A DNA stretch of 36,658 nucleotides from an uncultured Nitrospinota bacterium (GTDB taxonomy: Bacteria > Tectomicrobia > Entotheonellia > J063 > CAVPRW01), in NCBI GenBank assembly GCA_963707985.1, contig CAVPRW010000038.1, positions 1-36,658 on the forward strand. The letters run 5' to 3'. The notes below the pieces were generated by a model, which saw nothing but the letters and a program-made list of their open reading frames with translations, did no database searches and was not told where the DNA came from. This document shows, one piece after another, positions 10,046 to 19,905 of this stretch (positions within the stretch are counted from its first letter, which is position 1; each line of letters begins with the position of its first letter). The position numbers and the translations under genes were made by a program.

Positions 10046-11734
10046 ATGCAGCAGTGGTTGTACCGCAAGATCATCTGGGGAGGGATGGCAGCGCTGGGAT
10101 TGGTGACATCCCTGACCTGCGTAGACGCGGGCACGACCTCGCTCACGTCTCCATCATCGGTCCCGGTAAAACTGGAACGACTGCGCATTGCCATCGCGCC
10201 GCTGGGCTGGGACACCAATTATACCTGGCTACAGAGCCGCAGTGGTCAGCTCGATAAGCGGCCTGCCCTGGAGTACCTGGTCGGCATTGACCGTCACACC
10301 GGTGCCTACATTCCCGAGTTGGCCGAAAAGTGGGAGATGTCTCCCGACGGCAAGCGCTGGACCCTCACCTTGCGGAAGGGCGTGAAGTTCCACAACAACG
10401 GGGGAGAATTCACCGCCAAGGACGTCCGCCACTCGATCTTCCTGATCAGCCAGCCGGAGTCGGTGCAAACCGATGCCGGCCTCTGGCGCTCGATGATGGG
10501 CATCGACAAAGATGATTCGATCGAGGTCGTGGCCAGGAAAGTGGAGAAGAACGTCGAGATCATCGATGACCATCAGGTCGTCATCAACACAAAATTCGCC
10601 ACACCTGAGCTGGTCGACACCATTTCGGCCAACGCTGACCTAGGGATGGAGAGTAAGGCGCGTTGGGATGCCGGTGGCAAGGAGTTATACGGTCAAAAGG
10701 TCGTGGGTACAGGTCCATTCGAGTTCGTCGAGCGTAAGATCGGCTCGCACGTCCTCTACAAGCGGGTTGAAAACCACTGGCGCCAGACGCCGGAATTCAA
10801 GGAACTGGAGTTCCGCTGGGTGCCGGAAGACGTGACGCGCCTCGCCACCCTGCTCAGCGGGGAAGTCCATATCTCCGACGTCCCACGTGCCCTGCAGGGC
10901 GACGCGACTGCCAAAGGCATGAAGATCATCACGAGCCGCCTGCCCGCCATCATGGCTGGTTGGGCTTTTGGCGGTCTCTATTTTGCCACCCCAGACAAGC
11001 TCAAAACCGATGTACCCTGGACTAAAAAAGATGTGCGGCAGGCCATGAACATGGCGATCAACCGGCAGGAGATCGTCAACAAACTCTTTGGTGGCAAAGG
11101 CGAGCCGCTTAAGGTCTTTGGCTTCGAGAAGCGCGTCGAACCTAAATTATGGAATCCGGAATGGGATCAGCAATTCGATAATCTCTATGGATACAACCCT
11201 ACCAAAGCGAAAGAGCTCTTGGCCAAGGCGGGGTATGGGACGGGCTTTGAGTTCATCATGTATCTTTTCACGCTGCCTGGACTGCCAGAGATCATCGACA
11301 TCGGGCAAGCCCTGGCGCTGGATTTCGAGGCGGTAGGATTGCGGCCGAAGTTGGTAGAGGTCGATTTTCCCAGGGTGCGTGAGCTGTACCGTACTAAGCA
11401 AATCCACGGCGCCATGTGGGGTGTGCGGCGTTCCCCCAACGCCCTGGATACGGTGCGGATTTTCAATTTTAGCAAGAATGGCGTGGTGTACTCCTATGAA
11501 CACCCCTTCATCGATCAAGTGATGGAGGAGTTAGGGCGTGTGGTCGATCCGGATGAACGGGCGCGGTTGCTGCGGTCGATCGGCGATCATAAGTTCAACG
11601 AGTTCGCCGAGATGCCGCTGGCGGCTCTGTTCGCCGATGCGACGATAAATCCGAAGTACATCGCCGAGTATACCTTTCCGGGGGTGATCACCGGCTTCTA
11701 CACGCACCTGGAGTACATCAAGCTGGTGCCGTAA
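10046..11734 (+). CDS. ABC transporter substrate-binding protein, family 5 (DppA/OppA-like)
   Basis: 562 aa. LAEKWEMSPDGKRWTLTLRKGVKFH, VGTGPF, VRQAMNMAINR, YNPTKAKELLAKAGY. Confidence 0.95.
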   Translation: MQQWLYRKIIWGGMAALGLVTSLTCVDAGTTSLTSPSSVPVKLERLRIAIAPLGWDTNYTWLQSRSGQLDKRPALEYLVGIDRHTGAYIPELAEKWEMSPDGKRWTLTLRKGVKFHNNGGEFTAKDVRHSIFLISQPESVQTDAGLWRSMMGIDKDDSIEVVARKVEKNVEIIDDHQVVINTKFATPELVDTISANADLGMESKARWDAGGKELYGQKVVGTGPFEFVERKIGSHVLYKRVENHWRQTPEFKELEFRWVPEDVTRLATLLSGEVHISDVPRALQGDATAKGMKIITSRLPAIMAGWAFGGLYFATPDKLKTDVPWTKKDVRQAMNMAINRQEIVNKLFGGKGEPLKVFGFEKRVEPKLWNPEWDQQFDNLYGYNPTKAKELLAKAGYGTGFEFIMYLFTLPGLPEIIDIGQALALDFEAVGLRPKLVEVDFPRVRELYRTKQIHGAMWGVRRSPNALDTVRIFNFSKNGVVYSYEHPFIDQVMEELGRVVDPDERARLLRSIGDHKFNEFAEMPLAALFADATINPKYIAEYTFPGVITGFYTHLEYIKLVP

Positions 11735-11736
11735 CT

Positions 11737-11757
11737 CCTTCTCCCGCGGGGAGAGGG
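11737..11757. repeat. REP-like hairpin CCTTCTCCC-GCG-GGGAGAGGG
   Basis: Short palindrome just after the stop codon, similar to the hairpin at 25692-25718. Confidence 0.5.
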
Positions 11758-11777
11758 CTAGGATGAGGGAGGGGTCG

Positions 11778-12698
11778 ATGCAGCGCTACATCCTGAGGCG
11801 TTTCTTGCACAGTCTCTTGGCCATCTGGGTGCTGAGCATGATCGTGTTCAGCCTGGCACGGGTTACCGGCAACCCTCTTGACGTCCTGCTCCCGCTGGAG
11901 GCTGGGCCAGAGGAATACGAACGGGTGGCGAAACACTGGGGGCTCGACAAACCCCTCTACACGCAGTACCTCATTTTCATGGGCAAAGCCCTGCGCGGTG
12001 ACTTCGGCACCTCCTGGAAGTGGCAGGGACACACGGCCATGGGCCTGGTGTTAGACCGGTTGCCCGCCACGCTGCAGCTGGCCGGATTGGCCCTGTTGAT
12101 TAGCGTCGTCATCTCCGTGCCCATCGGGGTGATGGCCGCCGTGATGAAAGACACAGCTGTCGATTCGCTGTCGAAGCTGATCGCTCTGCTCGGCCAGTCA
12201 TTGCCCTCCTTCTGGCTCGGCATCGTGCTGATGTGGGTGTTCGCCGTGCAGCTCGGGTGGTTTCCGACCTCGGGCCGTGGAGGCCTCAGCTATATGGTTT
12301 TACCTGGCATCGCCCTCGGCTGGTTCCAGGTTGCCGCGCTCATGCGTCTGACACGCTCCTCGATGCTAGAAGTGCTGGATACCGAATTCGTCAAACTCAC
12401 TCGCATCAAAGGCCTGCCGGAGTGGAAAATCATCTGGAAGCACTGTTTGCGCAATGCCGCGATCGTGCCGCTGACCTACTTCGGCATTACCGCCAGCGCC
12501 TTGTTGACCGGTTCGGTGGTCACGGAGAGTGTCTTCGCCTGGCCGGGGACTGGCTTGCTGGTCGTAGACGCTGTTAGAGCCAGGGATTTCCAGGTTGTCC
12601 AGGCGGTCGTCATCGTCTTCGCTGGCGTGTTCATCTTTACCAATCTGGTGGTAGATGTACTCTATGCGTATCTGGATCCGCGCATCCGGTACCAATGA
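11778..12698 (+). CDS. dppB: ABC permease, DppB/OppB-like
   Basis: MQRYILRR start, GDFGTSW, RLPATLQL, LPSFWLG, RLTRSSMLEVL...RIKGL, HCLRNA, YAYLDPRIR. Confidence 0.93.
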   Translation: MQRYILRRFLHSLLAIWVLSMIVFSLARVTGNPLDVLLPLEAGPEEYERVAKHWGLDKPLYTQYLIFMGKALRGDFGTSWKWQGHTAMGLVLDRLPATLQLAGLALLISVVISVPIGVMAAVMKDTAVDSLSKLIALLGQSLPSFWLGIVLMWVFAVQLGWFPTSGRGGLSYMVLPGIALGWFQVAALMRLTRSSMLEVLDTEFVKLTRIKGLPEWKIIWKHCLRNAAIVPLTYFGITASALLTGSVVTESVFAWPGTGLLVVDAVRARDFQVVQAVVIVFAGVFIFTNLVVDVLYAYLDPRIRYQ

Positions 12699-12748
12699 CG
12701 TCGGCTGTCTAGCCGCCTCGACCCTACTTGAAGTGAGGAGCCCAAACC

Positions 12749-13645
12749 ATGGCAACGGCTGTCTCTCAACCAGTTCCCTGGTATAATCCGCCCAAGATCG
12801 CCAGGGCGGTGTTTAATGCCAAACGCTACCCCGTGGTGCCCGTGGCGATTCTGTTATTTTTTCTGGTCATTCCCGCTGTCTTCGCGCCACTGGTGGCGCC
12901 CCACGATCCCTTGAAGGGGTCGCTGTCGAAACGCCTGAAGCCGCCTGCCTGGGCTGAAGGTGGAAGCATCGAATACCCCCTTGGCACCGATAAAATGGGA
13001 CGCGACCTCTTGAGCCGGATGATCTACGGCGCGCGCATCTCGCTCCTGGTGTCGTTCATGACAGTCATCGTCGGTGGCTCGATGGGCACGGCGCTGGGAT
13101 TGATTTCCGGCTACTTCGGCGGCAAGATCGATACACTGATCATGCGGCTGGTCGACATCACCCTCTCCTTGCCGACGATCTTACTCGCCCTTGTCCTCGT
13201 CTCAGCCTTAGGCCCGAGTTTTGGCACGGTGATCACGGTGATTGCCTTGATCATCTGGGCGCGTTATGCCCGGCAGGCCCGGGCTGAGACCTTAACCGTC
13301 AGGGAACAGGATTTCGTCGCCCGCGCGCGCGTGGCAGGGGCGTCTCACACCCGCATTATGCTGCGCTACATCTTTCCCAACATCGTCAACACCCTCGTCG
13401 TGCTGGCCACGCTGCAGGTGGGCTCCATCATTCTGTTGGAATCGACCCTGAGCTTCCTCGGCGTCGGGATCCCGCGTCCAACACCGGCGTGGGGAGTGAT
13501 GGTCGCCGATGGGCGCGAGCTGATCGTCACGGCCTGGTGGGTGTCGATGTTTCCCGGCATCGGTATCATGCTCACGGTGCTGTCTCTGAATCTATTCGGC
13601 GACTGGTTACGCGACCACTTGGACCCCAAACTCAAGCACGCCTAA
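12749..13645 (+). CDS. dppC: ABC permease, DppC/OppC-like
   Basis: PLGTDKMGRDLLSRMIYGARISL, EQDFVARARVAGAS, ESTLSFLGVG, GDWLRDHLDP. Confidence 0.93.
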   Translation: MATAVSQPVPWYNPPKIARAVFNAKRYPVVPVAILLFFLVIPAVFAPLVAPHDPLKGSLSKRLKPPAWAEGGSIEYPLGTDKMGRDLLSRMIYGARISLLVSFMTVIVGGSMGTALGLISGYFGGKIDTLIMRLVDITLSLPTILLALVLVSALGPSFGTVITVIALIIWARYARQARAETLTVREQDFVARARVAGASHTRIMLRYIFPNIVNTLVVLATLQVGSIILLESTLSFLGVGIPRPTPAWGVMVADGRELIVTAWWVSMFPGIGIMLTVLSLNLFGDWLRDHLDPKLKHA

Positions 13646-13660
13646 GTGGGGTCAAAGACA

Positions 13661-13722
13661 GAACTGAGTCACGAGGACTGGGGACTGAGTTGTGGAAGTG
13701 CCGCACTCAGTCTTCAGCACAC
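13661..13722. repeat. Intergenic GACTGAG/CTCAGTC heptamer-based inverted repeat
   Basis: ACTGAG..GACTGGG GACTGAGT...ACTCAGTC TTCAGCAC; the same motif recurs at 17049-17095. Confidence 0.55.
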
Positions 13723-13743
13723 TTCTGCTAGGGGGGGTGCGCC

Positions 13744-15373
13744 ATGCAACGTGACATGATGACCATGCCGAGATTGCTTCCTCTGTGGCTAGGACTGGTG
13801 GTGGCCATGAGCTTTCTCCTATCCGCCGGGCTCACACCGGCGTTGGCTGGGGAAGCTAAGGTCCAACGCCTCATTTTTGGCTCTGCGGGCTTCACCGAGG
13901 GCAACCGCTTCTGGACCATCGTCCGCCCTGAGCATCTGCAATTTGACCCCTTTTTGGAAACCCTGCTCGACATCGACCCCAAGACCGGGGAGTTCGTCCC
14001 CCGCCTGGCGGAGAAGTGGCAGGCCAGCCCGGACCTGAAGGAATGGACCTTCTGGCTGCGCAAGGGGGTGCAGTTCCATAACGGCTGTGGCGAATTCACC
14101 GCCAAGGATGTGGTCCATTCCCATTCCTTCATGCTGCGCCAGGATGCCACTGCGACCTTTGTCGGGATTTGGCGCTTGGTCGAGGAAATCAAAGTCATCG
14201 ATGACTATCAGGTCGTCTTCCGGCTGAAGCGCCCCGTGTCCATGATGCCATATCTCGTTTCCCGCTGCTGCGACCTGCGGATCGTCAGTAAAGCCCAGTG
14301 GGACAAAGAGGGCCTCGAGGGGTTCGACAAGCAACCAGCGGGCACCGGTTCGTACCGCTATGTCGACCGCAAGCTTGGGTACTCCATCAGCTATGAACGG
14401 GTGGACAAGCATTGGGCTGGTGAGAAACCCGATTTCAAGGAACTGGAGATCCGCTTGGCACCGGAGGCAACGACCCGATTGGCCATGTTGCTGGGCGGCG
14501 AGGCGCACATCGTCGACCTGCCCCGGGAGCTGCAGCAGGAGGCCATCGGGCGGGGGATGAAGCTGGTCTCCTCCGCGCAGCCCGTGGACTGGATCTCGAT
14601 CTACTTTGGCGGCATGTACTTCTTGCCGGGGGATCCCAAGTTCGATCCCAAGGTGCCGTGGACCAACAAGAAGGTGCGGCAGGCCATGAACATGGCGGTG
14701 AATCGCAAGGAGTTGGTCGAGACGGTGTTCGCCGGCAAGGCCACGCCCGTCTATGTCAGCGCGTGGCTGCCCATTTCCGAGGGCTGGAATCAGGAATGGG
14801 TGACGCAGTTCGATCAGCTCTACGGCTACAACCCGGCGAAGGCCAGGGATCTCCTGAAGGAAGCCGGCTATACCCCTGGGACGGTCAAGGTGAAGGTCGT
14901 GGCCTTCACCGACCCGGGCGAGTCGGAGGGCCCACTGGTGGCCGAGGCCTTGGGCGTGTATTTCCAAGAGGTAGGCATCGATGCCACGATCGAGACACTC
15001 GACCCGGTTAAGATCAGAGACATGGGCCGAAGCAAGACGGCACACTGCTGCCTCACGCCCAATATCGTGACCTGGCGGCCATCGGAAGAATGGATCCGCA
15101 ACACCCACTCCGGGTATGCGAACGGGCACACCTTTGAAGACGAGTTCATCCAAAAGAACTACGATGCCCTGACCCAGAGTGTTGACCCTGGTGAACGGCA
15201 GCGCCTGGCCCGGGCGATCGGTGACCATCTCTTCGAAGAATTCGCCGCTATCCCGCTCTTCTGGCTCTATAATGAGGTGGCCGTGAATCCGCAAGGTGGT
15301 AGCCGAATGGACGTACCCAGGCCTTGGCGGGGGCCGCTCGACGCATTTCCATCTGCTGAAGGCAGCGAAGTAG
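13744..15373 (+). CDS. ABC substrate-binding protein, family 5, with a +1 frameshift at ~15292 near the C-terminus
   Basis: Family-5 motifs. Removing one base at CCG-CAAG restores NPKVVAEWTYPGLGGGRSTHFHLLKAAK* (TAG 15371-15373), matching the next paralogue. Confidence 0.92.
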
Positions 15374-15398
15374 TCAAATGGCATTCAGGGAGTAGGAT

Positions 15399-17024
15399 AT
15401 GAAAGACGACGGACTGATGCACTCTCGGTTATTCATGTATGGATCCTCATTGCTGCTGCTCCTGATGGTGTTAGCCTCTACCCCTATCGATCTGCAAGCA
15501 GGAGAACCCCAGGTCCAACGCTTGATCTTTGTCTCTGCCGGCTTCAATGAGAGCAACCGCTTCTGGACTATCACCCGCCCGCAGCATCTGCAGTTTGATC
15601 CGTTCTTGGAGACGTTGCTTGACCTGGATCCCAAGACCGGCGACTACATCCCCCGCCTGGCTGAGAAGTGGGAATCCAGCCCTGATCAGAAAGAATGGAC
15701 GTTCTATCTGCGGAAGGGTGTGCCGTTTCACTTCGGGTATGGCGAGTTCACCGCCAAGGATGTCGTGCATTCGCACTCCCTCATGTTGCGCGAGGAGGCA
15801 ATCGCGACTTTAGTCGGATTTTGGCGGAACGCGGAAGAGGTGAAAGCTGTCGACGACTATACGGTGGTCTTCCGCATGAAGAGTCCAGCAGCCACCATGC
15901 CCTATGCGGCGTCCCGCTCTGCGGATCTGCGGATCGTGAGCAAGGCCCAGTGGGATAAAGAGGGCATAGAAGGGTTCGACAAACGGCCCGCGGGCACCGG
16001 CTCGTACCGGTATGTCAACCGCCAACTGGGACAGTCCATCTCTTTCGAGAGGGTCGAGAACCACTGGCGGGGTGAACAGCCGGCGTTCAAGGAACTGGAG
16101 ATCCGCATCGCCCGAGAAGATTCGACTCGGCTGGCCATGCTGCTGACCGGGGAAGCCCACGTCGTGGACCTGCCTCGGGAGCTCCAGGCAGAGGCCATCA
16201 ACCGGGGCATGAAGATCCTCTCGTCCAGCCTCCCGTCGGAGTGGCTGTCGGTCTATTTCGGCGGCCAGTACTACATCCCAGGGGACCCCAAGTTCAAACC
16301 CGAGGTGCCTTGGACCGACCGGCGCGTCCGACAGGCCATGAACATGGCCGTCAACCGCACTGAATTAATGGATAATCTTTTCAAAGATAAGGGCTCGCCC
16401 ATGTATGTAAGCGGGTTCGCACCCTATCTGGAAGGCTGGAACCCAGAGTGGGCGAAGCGCTTTGACCAGCTCTATGGTTATAACCCGACCAAGGCCAAGG
16501 AACTCTTGAAGGCCGCCGGCTATCCTCCCAAGACCGTGCAGGTCAAGCTCCTGCAGTATACCGAGCCTGGTGAAGCGGAGCTCCCTCAGGTCGCCGAAGC
16601 CGTGGCGTCGTATTTCAATGAGGTGGGCATCACGGCGACGCTGGAGCCCATCGACGTGGCGAAGGTCTCTAGCATGAGGCGAGCCAAGGAAATGAGCTGC
16701 TGCATGGAGCCCAATATCATCGGCCTGCGGCCCACCGAAGAGTGGATCCGGACCGCGCACTACAGCAAGACAAATGGTCATCAATTCGAGGACGCGTTCA
16801 TTGAAAAGAAGTACGACGAGTTCGCAAAGACCGTGGACCCCAAGGACCGCGAGCGCGTGGCCAGGGAGATTGGCGATCACCTGTTCGAGGAGTTCTCCAC
16901 TATACCCCTTTTGTCCATCTTCAGCGAGGTGGCCGTCAATCCCAAAGTGGTTGCCGACTGGACCTATCCCGGTCCGGGGGCCGGAAGGTCGACCCATTTT
17001 TATCTCTTGAAGGCGACGAAATAA
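15399..17024 (+). CDS. ABC substrate-binding protein, family 5, close paralogue of the preceding gene
   Basis: 541 aa. Shares NRFWTI.RP.HLQFDPFLETLLD, AGTGSYRYV and IGDHLFEEF with 13744..15373. Confidence 0.95.
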   Translation: MKDDGLMHSRLFMYGSSLLLLLMVLASTPIDLQAGEPQVQRLIFVSAGFNESNRFWTITRPQHLQFDPFLETLLDLDPKTGDYIPRLAEKWESSPDQKEWTFYLRKGVPFHFGYGEFTAKDVVHSHSLMLREEAIATLVGFWRNAEEVKAVDDYTVVFRMKSPAATMPYAASRSADLRIVSKAQWDKEGIEGFDKRPAGTGSYRYVNRQLGQSISFERVENHWRGEQPAFKELEIRIAREDSTRLAMLLTGEAHVVDLPRELQAEAINRGMKILSSSLPSEWLSVYFGGQYYIPGDPKFKPEVPWTDRRVRQAMNMAVNRTELMDNLFKDKGSPMYVSGFAPYLEGWNPEWAKRFDQLYGYNPTKAKELLKAAGYPPKTVQVKLLQYTEPGEAELPQVAEAVASYFNEVGITATLEPIDVAKVSSMRRAKEMSCCMEPNIIGLRPTEEWIRTAHYSKTNGHQFEDAFIEKKYDEFAKTVDPKDRERVAREIGDHLFEEFSTIPLLSIFSEVAVNPKVVADWTYPGPGAGRSTHFYLLKATK

Positions 17025-17048
17025 ACCCCGTGATAGGCTCCGAGGGGG

Positions 17049-17095
17049 CGAGGACTGAGCACCGACATCTTCTCAGTCCTCGGCCCTCAGTCCTC
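17049..17095. repeat. Intergenic hairpin CGAGGACTGAG/CTCAGTCCTCG with an extra CTCAGTCCTC copy
   Basis: Perfect 11-bp stem (17049-17059 with 17072-17082) between the binding-protein and ATPase genes. Confidence 0.6.
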
Positions 17096-17114
17096 ATAAC
17101 CAAAAAGGTGCTGC

Positions 17115-18116
17115 ATGCCTCGACAGATCGGTGACGTGGTCCTGGAAGTGCATGACCTCCACACCCATATTTTTACCCGTTGGGGGGTGGTGAAGGCAGT
17201 CGACGGAGTAAGCTTTTATTTGCGGCAGGGCGAGACCCTGGGGATCGTCGGCGAATCCGGCTGCGGCAAGACCATGACGGCTCTCTCCCTGTTGCGACTA
17301 GTGCCCCGGCCAGGCGGGCGGATCGTGCAAGGGAAGATCATGCTGGAAGGGGAGAATTTACTGGACAAGAGCGACAACGAGATGCGGCACATTCGAGGAC
17401 GCCGGATTTCAATGATCCTCCAGGATCCACAGACATCGCTGAACCCGGTGTTCTCCATCGGCAATCAGCTCATCGAAGGGATCAGGATTCACCATCACCA
17501 GGAGGGCTACCAGTCGCTGGTACGGCGGGCGATCGAGGCCCTCAAACAGGTGCGCGTGGCGGCACCTGAGCGTCGCGTGCAAGATTACCCACATCAGATG
17601 AGCGGGGGCATGAAACAGCGCGTAGTGGGAGCCATCTCGATCTCGTGTGAGCCCCGCGTGATCATCGCTGACGAGCCGACCACGTCGCTGGACGTCACCA
17701 TCCAGGCCCAATATTTGCGCCTTCTGCGAGAAATTCAGGAGAACACGGGACTGTCGTTGATCTTCATCACCCACGACTTTGGGATCGTGGCCAAGATGTG
17801 CGACCGCGTCATGGTCATGTACGCCGGTCGTGTCGTTGAAAGCGGGCCGGTGCGGGAGATCTTCAATAAGCCTTCGCATCCCTATACCCAGGCGCTGCTG
17901 AGCTCTGTACCCAAGCTGGAGGAGCGCCCAGATCGACTCTATTCGATCCAGGGCCAGCCTCCCGCGCTGTGGGATGTGCCTCCTGGCTGTCGGTTTGCCT
18001 CGCGTTGCGCCTATGCCGACGACCGCTGCCAACAGGCCTATCCGCCCTCGTTCACGGTTGGTGAGGGCCATATCGCCGACTGCTGGAGGCTGGAAGACTC
18101 ATGGAAAAACCAGTAA
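17115..18116 (+). CDS. dppD: ABC ATPase, DppD/OppD-like
   Basis: GESGCGKT, YPHQMSGGMKQR, IIADEPTT, HPYTQALL and the C-terminal GCRFASRC Cys cluster. Confidence 0.95.
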   Translation: MPRQIGDVVLEVHDLHTHIFTRWGVVKAVDGVSFYLRQGETLGIVGESGCGKTMTALSLLRLVPRPGGRIVQGKIMLEGENLLDKSDNEMRHIRGRRISMILQDPQTSLNPVFSIGNQLIEGIRIHHHQEGYQSLVRRAIEALKQVRVAAPERRVQDYPHQMSGGMKQRVVGAISISCEPRVIIADEPTTSLDVTIQAQYLRLLREIQENTGLSLIFITHDFGIVAKMCDRVMVMYAGRVVESGPVREIFNKPSHPYTQALLSSVPKLEERPDRLYSIQGQPPALWDVPPGCRFASRCAYADDRCQQAYPPSFTVGEGHIADCWRLEDSWKNQ

Positions 18117-19072
18117 TCCTGCGTGTAGACCACTTGAAGAAGCATTTTGCGGTCACCAAAGGCCTGTTGATCATGAAGGTCGTCGGCTGGGTGAAAGCTG
18201 TCGATGACATTAGCTTCTCCATTCGACAGGGGGAAACCTTGGCGTTGGTCGGTGAGTCCGGCTGCGGCAAGACGACGACGGCCAAGGTCATCCTGCGGCT
18301 GGAAGAACCTACCAGTGGGCAGGTGTTCATCGACGGCAAGGATGTCCATACCCTCGAAGGCAACGATCTCAAAGAATACCGGACCATGGTGCAGGCGGTC
18401 TTTCAGGACCCCTGGTCATCACTCTGCCCACGGATGCGGGTACGAGAGATCGTAGCCGAACCACTGGTGATCAATCGCCGGCCATCGCGTGCGGAGGTCG
18501 AGGCCCGGGTTGAGGAGATGTTAGCCGCCGTCGGTTTACGCTCACAACAAGCCAATCTCTACCCGCACGAGTTCAGCGGCGGGCAGCGCCAGCGCATCGC
18601 CATGGCCAGCGCCTTGATCTCTGACCCCAAGGTCATCGTTCTCGATGAACCGGTCTCGGCATTGGACGTCTCGATCCGGGCCCAGATTATGAATCTGCTG
18701 GTGGATCTGCAGCAGCAGTTCCAGGTCAGTTATCTGCTGATCGCTCATCACCTGGCCACCACCCGGTATATGGCCCATGAGGTGGCGGTGATGTATCTGG
18801 GGAAGATCGCCGAACGCGCCGAGACCGAGGAACTCTACAAGAATCCCCTGCATCCATATACCAAGGCCCTCTTCTCCGCCGCCTTACCAAGCCATCCGGA
18901 CATCAACCACGAGGAGATCATTCTCTCTGGGGAAGTTCCCTCACCGATCAATCCGCCAGCCGGCTGCCATTTCCATCCGCGTTGCCCCTTCGCCATGAGG
19001 CAGTGCGCCGAGGTTGAGCCAGAGCTTAAGGAGATAGCCCCCAACCATCTGGTGTCGTGTCATCTGTATTGA
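18101..19072 (+). CDS. dppF: ABC ATPase, DppF/OppF-like
   Basis: GESGCGKT, YPHEFSGGQRQR, LDEPVSALD, GEVPSPINPPAGCHFHPRC, VSCHLY. Confidence 0.95.
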   Translation: MEKPVILRVDHLKKHFAVTKGLLIMKVVGWVKAVDDISFSIRQGETLALVGESGCGKTTTAKVILRLEEPTSGQVFIDGKDVHTLEGNDLKEYRTMVQAVFQDPWSSLCPRMRVREIVAEPLVINRRPSRAEVEARVEEMLAAVGLRSQQANLYPHEFSGGQRQRIAMASALISDPKVIVLDEPVSALDVSIRAQIMNLLVDLQQQFQVSYLLIAHHLATTRYMAHEVAVMYLGKIAERAETEELYKNPLHPYTKALFSAALPSHPDINHEEIILSGEVPSPINPPAGCHFHPRCPFAMRQCAEVEPELKEIAPNHLVSCHLY

Positions 19073-19112
19073 CCCGTAGGGTCAAAAAATGCAAAGGCAA
19101 TTCTTCCCCACC

Positions 19113-19205
19113 CTGCGTGATGAGTGGGACGAACGCCTCACAGAGCAATGCCCCGATGCCTGAGGTCCTCCTCGATAGTGATATGCTGATTGATCACTTG
19201 GGGTG
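19113..19205 (+). pseudogene. Remnant of a second VapBC pair (antitoxin tail plus PIN-domain start)
   Basis: LRDEWDERLTEQCPDA* (stop 19161-19163) overlaps MPEVLLDSDMLIDHL (ATG 19156), a typical PIN beta1 motif. Similarity is then lost. Confidence 0.5.
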
Positions 19206-19274
19206 GAAGGTGCCGGTGGAGGATGCGGGCGCGTCGGCGAATGGGGGCGGGCGTATGGCCGCGAGAAACCTTCC

Positions 19275-19682
19275 TTACTGGTCGAGAAGCGTCCACACTG
19301 TCATCCCTTCCACACGAAATAAGGGCTTCCTGGGGTGTTCGACCGTAATGAGCTCCGTGGCCTCGCCAGCTCTTGCCGCCGCGACGTGGAGCGCATCCAT
19401 CGCCGCCAACCCTGCCCGTTGGGCCTGCTCTGAGGCTTGCGCAACCAAGGCTTGAGACACCGGGACCATCTCCGTGACCGATGCAAAATCGGCTCGGTAA
19501 AAAGAGGCCTCCGCCGCTTGCCGGAAGTATACGGCTTTCGGGAGGACTTCTAAATGTACGAAATCGCTGGACACAAATAAACGCTCCGGGTCGTTTAGCA
19601 GTGCCATAGCGCGGTCGGCGATCTCCGGTGTGCCTCGGATCGCGGCAATGAGCACGCCGGCATCCAGAAAGGTCCGTGTCAA
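19275..19682 (-). CDS. vapC: PIN-domain VapC toxin
   Basis: 135 aa. TFLDAGVLIAA, FVHLEVLPKA, GLAAMDALHVAAA, ELITVE. Confidence 0.88.
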   Translation of the reverse strand: MTRTFLDAGVLIAAIRGTPEIADRAMALLNDPERLFVSSDFVHLEVLPKAVYFRQAAEASFYRADFASVTEMVPVSQALVAQASEQAQRAGLAAMDALHVAAARAGEATELITVEHPRKPLFRVEGMTVWTLLDQ

Positions 19683-19867
19683 GCTTTCTCCTCGTCGAGG
19701 ACGCCGCCTCTCCGGGCCTGGAGTTCCTGTCGAATCTCCTCAAGGCTCAGGAGTGGCACACCGCTCGCCAGCACCTCCTGGCGCAGCTCCCACAGACGCT
19801 TCGCGAGAGGCGTCCTCGGGGTAAAGGAAGGAGCTTTCTCGTCTGACGTCTTATTGCACTTCTCCAT
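19679..19867 (-). CDS. Putative antitoxin
   Basis: Small ORF whose stop overlaps the vapC start by 4 bp; contains FTPRTPLAKRLWELRQEVLASGVPLLSLEEIRQELQARRGG. Start uncertain (19867 or 19882). Confidence 0.7.
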   Translation of the reverse strand: MEKCNKTSDEKAPSFTPRTPLAKRLWELRQEVLASGVPLLSLEEIRQELQARRGGVLDEEKA

Positions 19868-19905
19868 GGCACTCTCCACCATTGCTATCCAATCGCAGCC
19901 AGTAC

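Noticed and set aside
13819..15384. 521-aa minus-strand ORF and similar long antisense ORFs (24587..25279, 26753..27868, 28152..28979)
   Set aside because: Shadow frames of GC3-rich genes on the opposite strand, with no motifs.
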